A DNA stretch of 60,502 bases, filler included, from Sphacelaria rigidula (lineage: Eukaryota), in assembly GCA_964200075.2 (NCBI GenBank). It is 9 parts of 9 records of this genome, joined end to end, with 100 filler letters (N's around TTAATTAATTAA, not from the genome) between each part and the next. Parts side by side here need not be neighbours in the genome. Positions count along the whole stretch, not along the records: positions 33,671 to 40,303 come from CAXNAA020018935.1; positions 40,404 to 47,036 come from CAXNAA020018936.1; positions 47,137 to 53,769 come from CAXNAA020018937.1; 6 more parts are not named here. The stretch is one strand, 5' to 3'. Under the pieces are notes generated by a model. The model worked only from the letters and a program-made list of their open reading frames with translations. It had not been told where the DNA came from and made no database searches. Positions 37,324-49,467 of the stretch are shown here, in pieces. The first letter of the stretch is position 1; every line of letters begins with the position of its first letter. Both the position numbers and the translations under genes were made by a program.

Positions 37324-37805
37324 TGTCATGAAGACGCACATTAGCCTGTTGCCATGCCGCTTCAGACCCGTTGTCAAGTCTGGCTATTTGGTTTCTGATG
37401 TTCCGGTAGCTAAGACTGCAGGTCTGTTCAGAGTTGATCGGGTACGAATATGAGCTTGTATATTGGTGAGAAATATCGAGCCAGGTCGGCTGGAACCGAT
37501 CTAGCTCGCCCACCCGTCTTACTACCAAACTGCTCCCCTTCTGCTAGCCAGCAAAAGGAAGTCTAATCATCGGTGAGACGTATTGGCTGGTTTGGGTTGA
37601 TTGATTGATTGGGTGCTGGAGTTAGAATCAAGATAGCCAGAAGGAGTGAGAATCTATTGCGTGAGAATCCGTCTGATATTTCTGAGCAGGTCACACGGTA
37701 TCTACAAGTTGTAGCAGCCTGACGGTTGTACACTTGCCTGCCAAGCCTGTGCCTTGGGTTGCAAGCTGTGTCCTTGTATTATACTACCGCTTGCTCTTCA
37801 TTACA
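37324..37805 (-). repeat. Solo-LTR-like repeat, copy 2 (482 bp, TG...CA)
   Basis: Starts tgtaatgaaga and ends tcttcatgaca (short terminal inverted repeat). No TSD found. Confidence 0.6.
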
Positions 37806-39463
37806 TTGGCGTTTGACTAAGGAGCTTCTTCTTTGGCTATTGCGTTTCCTTTTTGTCCTGATTTGTATCCCTGCTGCCCCGCTGTGTAGCCCCATCTTTT
37901 TGTTCATTTTGCCCCCTCTCCGTTCCCTTCGGGACAGTCATTAGTCGAATCTATCACTTCGATAGTCAGCAGCTTCTAAAGCTTCTGCCCCGTGTGTCCC
38001 TCGGTAAAGAGTATTCGTGCCCTTCTACTTGCAACTTGCCGCAGTGTTAGACTGCACATCTTGTGCTACGTGTGGTCAACGCGCACTGCTTGCTACTTTC
38101 ACCATGCTGTCAATTTGGACATCACCTGCACAACGTTGCGCGGCATCAGTTCCAATTGCACGTGGTGAATTTCTCGGTGATTCATTCAGTCCCGCACGAG
38201 TGTACTTGGTCGTGCTGCCCCCCTTTCCTTTTGCTAAAGAGCTCTTCTACTACAGGTTTGTACAAAACACCAATGCTCAAAGGCGCACTGTTGTTCATAA
38301 GCCAGCCGCTGTCGCTGACCTGGGCTCCTGCCAAGTCAGCACGCTGCTGCTCTTACTTTTGAGTATCGATTTTACGCGACTGTTGGACCTTGCCTTCACG
38401 AAATTACTGAACAAGTACACCCTGTGCTCCCACATTGGGATAACGGACATCTGCACACGAAATTTGAACCCGTTCCAGCACTTTAACTTCGTTGCTTGTA
38501 GCTACCTTGTTGTTGTTGTAGCTTTAGCTTCGTTGCTTGTGGCTACTTTGTTCTTGTTGTCCTCTTCTGCACTTTGCACAACCGTCAGGCAACGCTATAC
38601 ATCACCGTGGTAAGTAACAATACACAGCACAACGTACTGTGAGTTTTTCTCCTTTGACCCCTTCTCGAGCAAACAACTTTATTGTTCCGAGACTGTTTCG
38701 TTGAAACACCACTAGTTGAAACATTGCAACCTCCGTTACGTGCTCATTTGAACAGACAGCACTCGAAATCGGTGCCCCTTGTCTGTGCACTACAATTCTT
38801 CGGCACCCGCTCTCAGCATCGCCCCTGTTGTGCATCACATCACCTTTATTCCACATACATACGTTGCCTCAACTCCGTTGGATAACAAGCCTTCGCTCTG
38901 CACTACGCAGTCCGATTTCGCGGCCTACAACCGAAGCTTTGTAAAAGCTTTTGTGCTGCCTTACGCTGCACAATTTTCGTGCGCATCTGAGAATATATAC
39001 ATATATAATGTTTTTCATTAGCGCACAGCCAGTCGTCCCTCAACTTGTGCTGGGATCATACGGTTATAGTCGTCCGTGACGCTACACCCGCAACACGTGT
39101 AAGTTGTTCCTCCACGTACCGACGCTGCTATAGACAATCGGGTCTTCGCTTGTCTTCGACGACACACGTCCGTTCTGTGCACAGCCCCGTGCCAGCTATT
39201 ACCGCCACATTTTGAACAAAGTTGTATTAATCAGACCCTGGACATAGTTGTTACATACAGCAATTCGCTTGAATATAATTACTCAAGTGAATCAGGTCCC
39301 GCGGTCCCCTCGGGCGCTATTAGGCTTCATTATCCAGTATTTCCGGGTACAAGCTTCGGCTTCTGCACGTAGCATCTCTTGGTGTCACGCCCCTTTGATT
39401 AGAACCCGCAGATTAGACACACTGCACCGTCCTTTTTAAGCACAAAGGCTGCGTACGATTATC

Positions 39464-40236
39464 ATGTCGCACAAAAATAACGCTGGCTCTTCCCCTCAAT
39501 TGGGAAACCAACCGCTTCGCCGGACCCGGAGTCAAACTACTGGCGGTTCAAAATCTTTCAAGAAGAGTGGCACGTCACCTTCAACTCATCGCAGCACGTA
39601 TGCGAGCGCTGTTCGATCTTCCGGATCTGACGACCAAATTTCGAGCGAAGGTCGTTCGTCAAGGCTTGAAGACAAGACTTTGACGCCGAGACCTGTTCTC
39701 TCACGTTCCGACCCGGACTCAGAGAACATGTGGTAGTGCAACCGGCCGAGTCACTGGTTCCTGACGCGCATGTCAGTGAACCCATAACGGTGGATTCCGT
39801 CGCACACCCCTCGCTGCGTTCTGTTCTTCCGAATCCCAATGTGGAATCCGAAGTCAGAGCTGTGCCCGCAGCTGAGTCGTTGCCCCTGGACACACGTGTC
39901 CAGCTTGCCCCTGTAACGGTTGCTTCAACCGTGGCACCCCGTCGCTTGACGGCTGACAACTCTCGAGACGATTCTGTCCCGACGAAGCGCATCGCTTCTG
40001 AAGCAAGAGACTTTATCACACGGGCTACTTCCGTTACGGACCTCCTCGCACGACTCTCGATAGTCCCGTGCGCCCTACTGCGCAGTCCAATATCGGACCG
40101 GCAGTTGCGGCCATGCATGCTGCAATGCAAACTCTGCATCGACCTCATCGGCGTCGTGGCCAGCGCCAGCGCCAGCTCTCATCGAGGCATTTACGGCTTT
40201 TTGTCACGTATGGCAGGCGTTAGATTACCTCCTTAA
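39464..40236 (+). pseudogene. Frameshifted low-complexity ORF, possibly a retrotransposon gag N-terminus
   Basis: Two overlapping ORFs (39464-39736, 39730-40236), S/P/T-rich and intronless, with a LRRTRSQT motif. No diagnostic domain is visible. Confidence 0.3.
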
Positions 40237-41366
40237 CAACAAATTGTGCGAGTTGAGGTTTAAATCCGAGATGAGGTTCAAGCCTAAAAAAGTGCTTTCC
40301 CCANNNNNNNNNNNNNNNNNNNNNNNNNNNNNNNNNNNNNNNNNNNNTTAATTAATTAANNNNNNNNNNNNNNNNNNNNNNNNNNNNNNNNNNNNNNNNN
40401 NNNATTAGAAAAAAAAAAGCACGCGGGAGATACGGGAGTCTTGTTTTTTTTTTCTGCCGGCTTTGGTAGCTCCTGCCTCGGCTTGCGTGCTGAGAGGAAG
40501 GAGACTGCAGAAGGTGATATGGCTGATTGGGAGCTTAGGCACACACAGCAGCCGCGTAGGCTGGGCGCAGAGCAAGCAGGGCGCATGGTGGGCTGACGGT
40601 ATTGACTGTTGTGCGTAGACGTTGAAGAAAAATATATGAAGGTGTACTCTATGACGGAGAAACATATTTCCAGTCCAGCGCAGTGCACCACGGGAACATG
40701 CTCGGGGTATAACAAAAAAAAAAGTTGCCGTGAAAGGTACCAACCCAGACTGTCTCGACAAAGCCACAAAGTACTCGTTCGCGTACGTTACAACCATTGG
40801 GAAGCGGTGGCTGGGCGTGCACCAGTCGTCGTAGTGCGTGAACATGATATGGATTAATACGGGCGGAAACGTACCTTTGGCTCCACAAAGACGACCGCAA
40901 TCGGGGAAAGGAGGTTCCTCGCACAAGACTAGTTTCTGATCGATCAGCCCTTATTTCTTTCCCCTCTGCTCATGGATATACGTAGGAGTGTGTCGTGTCG
41001 TGTCGTGTCGTGTTTCGTTGTGTTATCATCACAATCCGTTTTGACCCCAAAAATAAAAACAAACAATTCGCATGTGTCTGCCCACCATGCTGTCGCTTGT
41101 TGCTGCTATATGCACGAGGACGGGAACGGGCTGGCAAAGCGTCACGAGAAAGCACCGCACGACAGAAAACGGTTGAAAAAACAACAGCGTCGAAAGGTCG
41201 TCATTCGGCAAACGATTGGGCTGTTTCACAAGTCATGCAACGCGCCAGGCCGTCGGCTGTTCTTGTGTCGTCGTGTTTCTTCCCTTGTGACCCGTTAGGC
41301 ACCAGACCTTCGTCCGGAACGGAAAATAGAGTGATGTCGGGGTAGCCCCCCCCCCCCTCCCAAGAT

Positions 41367-41527
41367 CAATTAGACAGTAGCGAACAAACGATGGCTATAC
41401 TTGGAGATAGATGGTCGCCACAGACGGCGAAACAGGACTGGGATAAGATATGTGGACGGTTTTTGTGTAGTGTATGGAAGAATCATAATGAGCCCCTAAA
41501 TGTTGGAGGTGTCCCTATGAGGAGCTG
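41367..41527 (+). mobile_element. LINE ORF2 C-terminal fragment, continuing at about 42361-42390 after nested MITEs
   Basis: Translates LDSSEQTMAILGDRWSPQTAKQDWDKICGRFLCSVWKNHNEPLNVGGVPMRS...RNG; preceded by a C-run at about 41346-41360. Confidence 0.7.
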
Positions 41528-41529
41528 TA

Positions 41530-42360
41530 TAAATATGAGGATTTCAGTCCGTCTACAGGTGATTTTCTGCCGTGGATTGCTTTTTCCAGGGGTATACACA
41601 CTACACGTGATGCTTTTACGTGACACATTCGATAAAACGTAACTTTGAGTAATTTAACGCTACGTAAGGTTTGATTTTTTCGACGGAACATATGTAACGT
41701 AGCGTGATGTGACGTGTGGTCCTTCGCATGAACCCTAACATCGCGTTTTACTTTTCAAATGCGATCAAAACTCTGCTTGTTTTCGTGAATTTGTAACGTG
41801 TCACGGGTCACGTTAAAAAATCACAAAAATAGCCTTTTTTACATCTGGAAAATCCCGAGTTACACTGCTTTAAGGTCCACACGTTATATCACGTTACGTT
41901 ACGTTTATCCCGTCCAAAAAGTCAAACCTTACGTAGCGTTAGATGGCCCAAAGTTACGTTTTCCCCGTTTTTTTCAAATGTGTCACTTGTGTAACGTGTA
42001 CATCTCTGTGTTTTTCGGACTCCAGTCCGTTGGGCAATGTTTTTCGGCTAGCTGTGAGAAAACCAGATCAAAGCTCCGATTCTCTGGACGTTGACTTTTG
42101 ATACATCACCCTTCTGCTCAAATCGGTACACTCCCTCTCTCCCCCGTTTTTTTCCTGATTTTTTGGAAAAATCGGGGAAGATGCGGTCGTGTCCCGATTT
42201 GAGCAGAAGGGTGATGAACCGAAAGTGAACGTCTAGAGGATCGGAGAATTGATCGGGTTTTCTCACAGCTAACCGAACCACATTGCCCAACGGACTGGGG
42301 CCCGAAGAATTAATCCACGGCAGAGAATCACCTGTAGACGGACTGAAATCCCCAAATTTG
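41530..42360. mobile_element. Foldback MITE with TA TSD (Tc1/mariner signature); left arm split by a hAT MITE
   Basis: Left arm 41530-41586 plus 42009-42130 mirrors right arm 42190-42360; TA at 41528-41529 and 42361-42362. Confidence 0.75.
41587..42008. mobile_element. hAT-type MITE with ACGT/GTTAC subterminal motifs
   Basis: TIRs caggggtatacac / gtgtacatctctg; imperfect 8-bp TSD gctttttc / tgtttttc. Confidence 0.65.
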
Positions 42361-42735
42361 TAGAAATGGAGATTCGTTGCCATAAAAGATGGTTTAACCT
42401 CTGACTCTCTCTGCAGCTAAGTTGCTCCCTCTCTGTTTACAAACAACACCTCCAACGACAAGATGACATGTATTTACTGTAGACCCTGATGCGCGCAAAA
42501 TTGTTTCACAGTGACCACAGGATAATTTCGTCATATACCTCCATGAAGTGCAGTCCACATCAGGGTCGGTGTATGGCATCTGGTGCCCAATGTGTTGATT
42601 CCAACGGAAATATGTGTGTGTCTGTGTCCGTGATTATTTTTGCTTTTCTTTGTAGTTATACTGTTGTCGGATTAATTGATTTTCCCTCAACAAAACGCAA
42701 TCGCAGATTTGGTGGGCTGCGTATGGGCTCTATAG

Positions 42736-42933
42736 CTCCACGTTCCTCCGCGCACTGAGGCGTCTGCCGCCAGGCATGGCTTCGTTACTCACGGAGGAGC
42801 AACGGCAAAACGGAACCCGCGCGGCGGCGGGTCTGTGCACCGGCATGACCACGGTGGTGCTGACGAACCCCTTGGACGTTTTACGGACGAGGTTGCAAGT
42901 GGAGGGACGAAGAGGGGACGACAGGACGTTGAG
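42736..42933 (+). CDS. Mitochondrial carrier (SLC25) family exon, SLC25A44-like third repeat
   Basis: tag| acceptor and AG|gtgagg donor. Translates STFLRALRRLPPG...AAAGLCTGMTTVVLTNPLDVLRTRLQVEG, containing the Px[DE]xx[RK]xR carrier motif. Not in the ORF track. Confidence 0.85.
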
Positions 42934-42997
42934 GTGAGGGAGCGCTTGTTGTTTGATTACTACTTCAACTGCTACTTTTTTTACTTGTGCCACTATA

Positions 42998-43035
42998 AGT
43001 AGTAGTAGTGGTGGTGTTAATAGGAGGAGGGGGAC

Positions 43036-43066
<31 letters not shown>

Positions 43067-43088
43067 GGTGTTAATGGGAGGAGGGGGG

Positions 43089-43132
<44 letters not shown>

Positions 43133-43158
43133 GGTGGTGGTGTTAATAGGAGGAGGGG

Positions 43159-43240
<82 letters not shown>

Positions 43241-43277
43241 TGTTGTTGTTGTTGTTGTTGTTGTTGTAGTTGTAGTT
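42998..43277. repeat. Compound trinucleotide microsatellite (AGT/GGT/TGT)n with a three-copy higher-order unit
   Basis: [(agt)n(ggt)n gttaatRggaggagggggg] occurs three times, then (agt)n(tgt)n. Confidence 0.95.
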
Positions 43278-45057
43278 GACGCCACACTGCACATGTGCTG
43301 TAGTCTCATCGCTGTAGTGAATTTCCGTGGCGGATATACGCAATACCGAGGACATTGACACAACAGCAGCACAGACCGTTCTAGAACGTGTTATTTGAAC
43401 GGCACCTTGACACCGGTGTACTTTCTCTGTTCTGATTTTATCTGTCTCTCTTGTCTTCCGTCGGATGTGGATTGACCGTCATGTACCTTCTCACCTTACG
43501 ATTCCTCCCTTTCACCCTCCCCCCCCCCTCCTCTTTGTAATTGCGTTTATAGCAAGGTTAGTTGCCTTGTTCGGTTCATGAGGACGCATGTGCGCTCATG
43601 AAGTATAGGAGTACCCCGCCCTGGCTGGCGGCACCTTTGTGAGCGTTGTCTTACCACAAAGAATGAGTGCCGGGCGCGGTGAAATAGGGCACGAAAAATT
43701 CATCCATAGGGTTTCCATGGATGGATCCGTTTTGGCGAATTATGAATAGCACACGTATGCAAAACAGAGCGCACTTCCGAAACAACAGTTGTTGACTCAT
43801 TAGTTTGCGGCTAGGCTTGCTGTAATCCCAGCGGCGCGTCACCTTAGAATACCCGTACAACCGCGTTGCAGGTATCTCAAAATCAGAGTTGAGAAAAACT
43901 ATTATATTCGAATCTGAAACCTAACTGAAAAACTTGAGCGAGTTTGTCGGCAAGCGGCAACAGCTCGGATGCTGTGCGTATTTTCCAGGGTCCCGCGTTG
44001 TGAGACCGTTCTCAGTCTCGAGGCCAGTACATGCGGGGACCCGCTGTTTCCAGCGTGTTTGAGACGAGTCAGTGAATGAACGCGTGATTATTACAGTATA
44101 GTCGACGCAGCAGCGAATGTTGCAAGTTCGCAAACCCTTCAAGTACTTTGCTGTTGTTCGACGTTTAATCTCCCTGACCGTGTACATGACAAACAGTCCA
44201 CACGCTTCGACAAAAGATTAGAGCTGTGAACTGGACCAGTTTGTACAGGCGATCGAACTGGAACTTGAGTTTTAACTGGAACTGGCGATGAGGACTCCAG
44301 TTTATCCAGTTCATTTGAAGTATGAAGTTTGCCGTTACCGGCTATGTTTGTACCAATTATAGTATTGTGACTTCATAACAAAGATGCCTACGTTATTACA
44401 AACAAAATTATGGTGGAATTGGGACCTGGACCTGACAGCAATACAAGTACAGACAGCAGTCGTGGTTCGAGCTGGGCCAGCCTCGAAGCGGATTTGGAGT
44501 TTGCAGGCCCATTCGCAATTTATGGTACTGTGCGTGAACCATTTTTCTTCAGAAGTTTTTTTTTCGCGACTCCTCTTCGATAGAACTCGCAAATGCTAGT
44601 GTCGGTAGATTTTGGTGAAATGAACAGATCGTCTTCCTACCCCAATTGCCCAAGTTAGTGTTGTCGGGCGATACGAGTAGATACCCCGTATATCAGGAGG
44701 GTGTCGTTGACCGTGAAACACAGTTTTCGGCTCTACAGTAGTGCAATGAATAGATAAAATTAAAAAAGAAGCGTACATTTCTTCACAGATACGATCGGGA
44801 CAGGCTCGATCGACCGAAAATATAGAGGAGTCAGCATATGGGCTGAAACGTTTCAGACCCCCGATGATCGGTCAGCCCGTAAGTCACTCAAGTACATATG
44901 ATTTTTTTTTCTTGGAGTGACGAGCGGATACAAGTATGCTCAGATCCCCACAGTGACAAGCGTTGGCAAGCGAAAGAGCCCAGGAAAATCGCCAAATACG
45001 AAGAAATTACAAAATGAACAGTTCGGGCGCCCAGTACTGTAATTCTTAGAGTTGGAC

Positions 45058-46695
45058 CCTAACATTTGGTATGGACAATCAATAGGGCATAATGAAAACA
45101 ATAATACATGGACCCTTTTTTTCCCCATGATTTAACGACATTTCACGGATACGAGCTAGGCTAGCAGTAAATCCCACATTTGCATGCCACACCATAACTC
45201 ATCATCTTCACCAACTCAGCCCGACCTGAGTATATCGGTGTGACCTGCAGACCAATCTAGTAACGCACGGCACCGCTGCTGAATTAAAAAAACTGAAAAA
45301 AACGTACTACATTATGTATGAACTCAGACTGTACTGTATGGCACTAAAAAAAAGGGATCTGGACACAGATCGGGGAACCTCAGATCCGGAAACGCATCGT
45401 ATGGACAAATCGGGATAGCTCAGATTCGTTTGCCACGATTCGACAACGATTTTACACGAATCCGAGCGCAGATCCGTGGAGAATCGAGGTCCCCCGAATC
45501 TGTGGGAAATTTCTTACGTATGTTGACGTACGGTGATAGGGCAACAGGTGTTTAATATTTTTGCAACAACAGCAGCAGACAGTCTCGTGACAGCACAGAC
45601 CGTGCCTCCGAGCGCCAGCTGTTGGAGCGGCTCCGCACGGGATTTGACAAGCGGATAAGAAGTGTTGTGTTGACGCCGTACCCTGCGGCGATGGCAAAGT
45701 TTTATGCTGCACTGTATGTTGTATGATCATAACAAACGGTACTGTACTATCCTATACTCTGCTGTCGCTGTACTTTCAGGGTGATGAATGACACTGCACT
45801 CGTGAACTCTTGTCATACACTGTACACTGTTCTCGCGATACCAACTGTACCACGATGTATTGCCACACGGCATTATCGTGTACATTACTGTGATGGTGCA
45901 GTGTACTGCACTGCACTATACCCCAGGGTACGACGGTAAGACACTGCTCTTGAAGGATTATTCCCTGCCAACCTGTTCTTCGGCTGCACTGTTGTGATAC
46001 CACACCCGCCCAGAAAATGACCGTTCGTGTACAGAACAATTTCAACAACTCTGTGAAGCCATACAGGGGTACACACGAATCTGAGTTTCACGAATCTGGG
46101 TCTCCCCGATTTGGCACAGATTCGGGTCCCGCCAGATTCGGGATTGGCTGCCATACAAATCGGTCTTACCAACGGAAAAAAAGAAGAAGGAATTCGTCGG
46201 GATTTGAACCCGTGACCTCCACAACTGGAGTCTCCTGTATAACTTGGATTAAATGGGCGCAGCTGTGCCACACGAGAAGTTGGATGCTGCGCCAAATATC
46301 TGAAATTTTCGGCCGAAATTGCACCAGGGTCTCCTCCACACAAGGACGCACAACCACACTAGGGATGCCCCTGTAGTTCTTTATTTTCACGGAGTTGTAG
46401 CATCTTTCTAGTTTTCGCAGAAAACTTGTAATCGCTTGAAGTTTTTTTCATTTCTTCTCGGCATCCCCCGGAAGGTTGTGCGTAGTGATGATGAAAATGT
46501 CGTGTCAAAATTTCAGCGTTCAACGCTTCGGGTTACCCACTGCCCAGCCCGCATACATTCATAAATCACTGTTAGCTGGCCCAGCTCGTGCCTTAAAACT
46601 GACTATTACCTTTAACTCATGAAGAAAAACTATTCGGGTCCACGCATATATATTTTTGTATTGTGCCCTATTCATTGTTTATACCAAATGTTAGG
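45058..46695. repeat. Pair of about 120-bp inverted repeats (45058-45165, 46570-46695) enclosing other repeat fragments
   Basis: cctaacatttggtatggacaatcaatagggcataat...acgagctaggctagc versus gctggcccagctcgt...attgtgccctattcattgtttataccaaatgttagg. Confidence 0.55.
46190..46272 (-). pseudogene. tRNA-like pseudogene or SINE head
   Basis: A-box-like tggcacagctgcg and B-box/T-arm cgggttcaaatcccg; no canonical anticodon arm. Confidence 0.4.
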
Positions 46696-46945
46696 CTATA
46701 TATCTAATTATTGACCGGCAAATGGGCCGTTTGGTAACCGGTTCGGTAAAAATCCGGAACAGCATTTTGCGGGCCACTTACCGGCCCACGTTTGGTGTTT
46801 GTGTATTGAAATTTTGTGTGGGACCTCGCTAGGACATGATTACCCCCAAAAAGTGGGTCAGGTTGTTTTCTTTGTTTTTTCCCCTGGTTTAGGGCGTTTT
46901 ACTATAGTTTGTTAACGACCATTTTTTTCCGAGAACGCCCGAACC

Positions 46946-46977
<32 letters not shown>

Positions 46978-47136
46978 CCCCCCTCCCCCCCGATTCCCCG
47001 TTCGTTCCACTGCCGGATGGCCCCCCGCCATAACGANNNNNNNNNNNNNNNNNNNNNNNNNNNNNNNNNNNNNNNNNNNNTTAATTAATTAANNNNNNNN
47101 NNNNNNNNNNNNNNNNNNNNNNNNNNNNNNNNNNNN

Positions 47137-47198
47137 CTCATTTGTTGCTTGCCTTAGTCGTTTGACCATTGACCACGCGTCCTTTTCGAGACGGAGCA
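47137..47198 (-). mobile_element. LINE 3'-end unit (same 5' breakpoint; 3' end cut by the contig start)
   Basis: Reverse complement reads tgctccgtctcgaaaaggacgcgtggtcaatggtcaaacgactaaggcaagcaacaaatgag; G-rich flank at 47210-47236. Confidence 0.8.
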
Positions 47199-47572
47199 TG
47201 AGAGAGGGTAGCGTGGGAGGGGGGGGGAGGGGGGGGCGACGGCGACGATCGTCGGCTTGTTTTTAAAGTGGCGTGTGAACCTCCCTTGCAAGTAGCACTT
47301 TGAAGCAAGGTGTCTAACTCTTTAATGCACACCAGGCTGAGCACAGCGTGCATGCAGGAATCAGCACAAGATGGCACAGCCACGAAGGGACGAAACGTCA
47401 TCCACTACCCGAACAGGGGGTCTCTCCTGCGCACGCTGGGCTCCAAAACCACGAGAAAACGCGGCTTTCGTGTACAGCTTGGTGGATAGTTCAGCGGCGG
47501 TCGATATCGACAGCAACAAAAGAGCGACTCTGCTTCCAAAATATGGACCACGACTGTATCGGTATGCTGTAC

Positions 47573-48751
47573 CTGTGGACCAGGAAGACCTTGAGGACGG
47601 AGAACGGGTTGACCACCCACAGCGTGCTACACCCCCTGCGCTTGTTGGTACTAACGCTGCTTGCACTGTCAGAAGAAGTCGGTTGTGGGCTGAGCACCTC
47701 CGGTGCTGTTTCCTTCCAGCCGTACACATAGCAAGACAACACGGAGAGAGCTAACAACGAAGCGGACACGAAGCAGGCCTCGCTGCGGTGGTCCTCGCTG
47801 AGAGAGCCACCCAGCACGGGCCCGAAAATAATAGCCAATCCGAAGGCACTACCAATGAGGCCAAGACCGCGCGCGACTTCGCCTCGCTCTGCGTTTCCCC
47901 TGTACACGCAACGCGAAGCAAGCAGCACACGCGAACCCAGCATTTCATGGCACGAAAGGGGTTGAACGAAACTTTGTCAGGACGTCATTGTCGTCGTCGT
48001 CCGTGTGCACGGTGTGGGAGAACGTGTATTATGCTCGGCTCGAATGGAGGTATTGTACCGTACTATGCAAAACGTGTATTCTACGTGGTGGGTGGTTGTG
48101 TGGGGGACAGGGTTCGCGCGAGATATATATGTATATATACAAGGGGTTCGGCGGCTTACGCCGCTACGGTCAATGAGATCGACAGCCAAGGTACATGAGA
48201 ACCGGTCATCGATGCTCACAGTGGGTAACGGTTCAGGTTATAGTTTTAAGTGGGGTGTTTTCCGCTGTGTGCGCATGGTGACACATGTCTCGGGAGCAGG
48301 ATATGAAAAAGAGGTTTATTGATGTTTGATAATCGTACCTACAAGAACGGGTAAATGACAACCTCCACCGTCGAAAAAGACACACGGCGACACGCACTCA
48401 CGTTTTTCACACACAGCAACGAATAGGAAACATCGTCCACCGTCGACGAACACACACCCGGGGACACTCGTACCATTAGCCAACATATTATTGCGCCGCC
48501 CAAACACCCGAGGACACAAAGACTTGTGACGGACACACGCCAGTGTTCGCAACCATGAGTCCAGTACTATTGCACCGCAAAAACGCCCGTAACCGCAGTG
48601 ACCATCGACATTTCCAATCCCACATCACAATGCGTACGGCATGAGCTAGTTCCCTCTCTTTTCCTGGACAACAAACTAAGCAGGCAATACGAACGACGTG
48701 ATAGATATTTATGAGAAACGAAACATGTAATGCATAGAATCGACGAACAGT

Positions 48752-48786
<35 letters not shown>

Positions 48787-49467
48787 TTTGTCGCACTTTC
48801 AGCCCCTCCCCTCCCTCGGGATGAGTCCGTGGTCTCAAGAGATCACTCGATCTCTCCCCCGGTACACGCCTTGCATTTTGGTCTCGCGGATTGGGTCATG
48901 ACTATCAGCACTCCCGCACCGCGTCAACTCACGTAGAACAAACTCAGTCGACTACTTTGTTCACTCGCGTTCTCACGATTTCCACGGTGGAAACCAGACA
49001 TTACGAAGAAAAAGCCCAACGCATCAGGAATCGAACCCTCGTCCTCTCCATCCTAACGGCGACAGTCGGACCACTACGCCACCATGGCGCGGCGGTCTTA
49101 GTCGTCTCCTACATCACGAGTGGGTGTTTTCAGCGGACAGCAAATGCAGGGCTTCCGGGTGTGAGGCAGATCCCGACTCTCAGTCCCCGTTAACGACAGC
49201 CTCTTCTTGTAATTTGCACATCTCTCACCTCGAGAGATCAACAATGATGGCCTGGCTGACGGGCAGTACAGCGCCGCACACGCCCACGATAACTTGGCAG
49301 ATGGTAACCCACACTAAACTATCCACGTTGAAGCCTAGGGCGAGCACCGACGCACCGTGCAGGGCCACCGAAGCTACCAACACGGGCCGCCGACCGATGA
49401 TGTCGCTGGCACCGCTCAAGCTCGGGATTGCGAGAAGCTGCACGATACTCGAACCGAAAGTCACCCA
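47573..49467 (-). CDS. MFS transporter, TetA/DHA1-MFSD14-like; exons 49467-49229 and 47899-47573 (partial)
   Basis: Phase-2 GT-AG join. Motif A (SGASDIIGRRPVL), motif C (GSAFGLAIIFGPVLGG), then TM6, WKET and NPF. Confidence 0.88.
48756..49090 (-). mobile_element. tRNA-derived SINE with (AT)n tail in the MFS intron
   Basis: Head has a perfect A box TGGCGTAGTGG and B box GGTTCGATTCC (tRNA-Pro-like ttaggat loop). About 230-bp body, ending gaaagtgcgacaaaaac(at)n. Second copy at 14410. Confidence 0.8.

Noticed and set aside
42730..43372. Poly-L/T/S/V/Y ORFs (also the K/N-rich ORFs at 13647-13923)
   Set aside because: These are translations of microsatellites.
49010..49090. Functional tRNA gene (also 46190-46272)
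   Set aside because: A/B boxes are present but the acceptor and anticodon stems do not pair properly; 49010-49090 is attached to a repeated body and tail (SINE).
6805..49467. CLC + HGH1 + SLC25 + MFS as a transporter gene cluster
   Set aside because: Each lies on a different, size-sorted contig, so the adjacency is artificial.
47573..49467. Horizontally acquired bacterial tetA resistance gene
   Set aside because: It has spliceosomal introns, and TetA-like MFS proteins are normal eukaryotic families.
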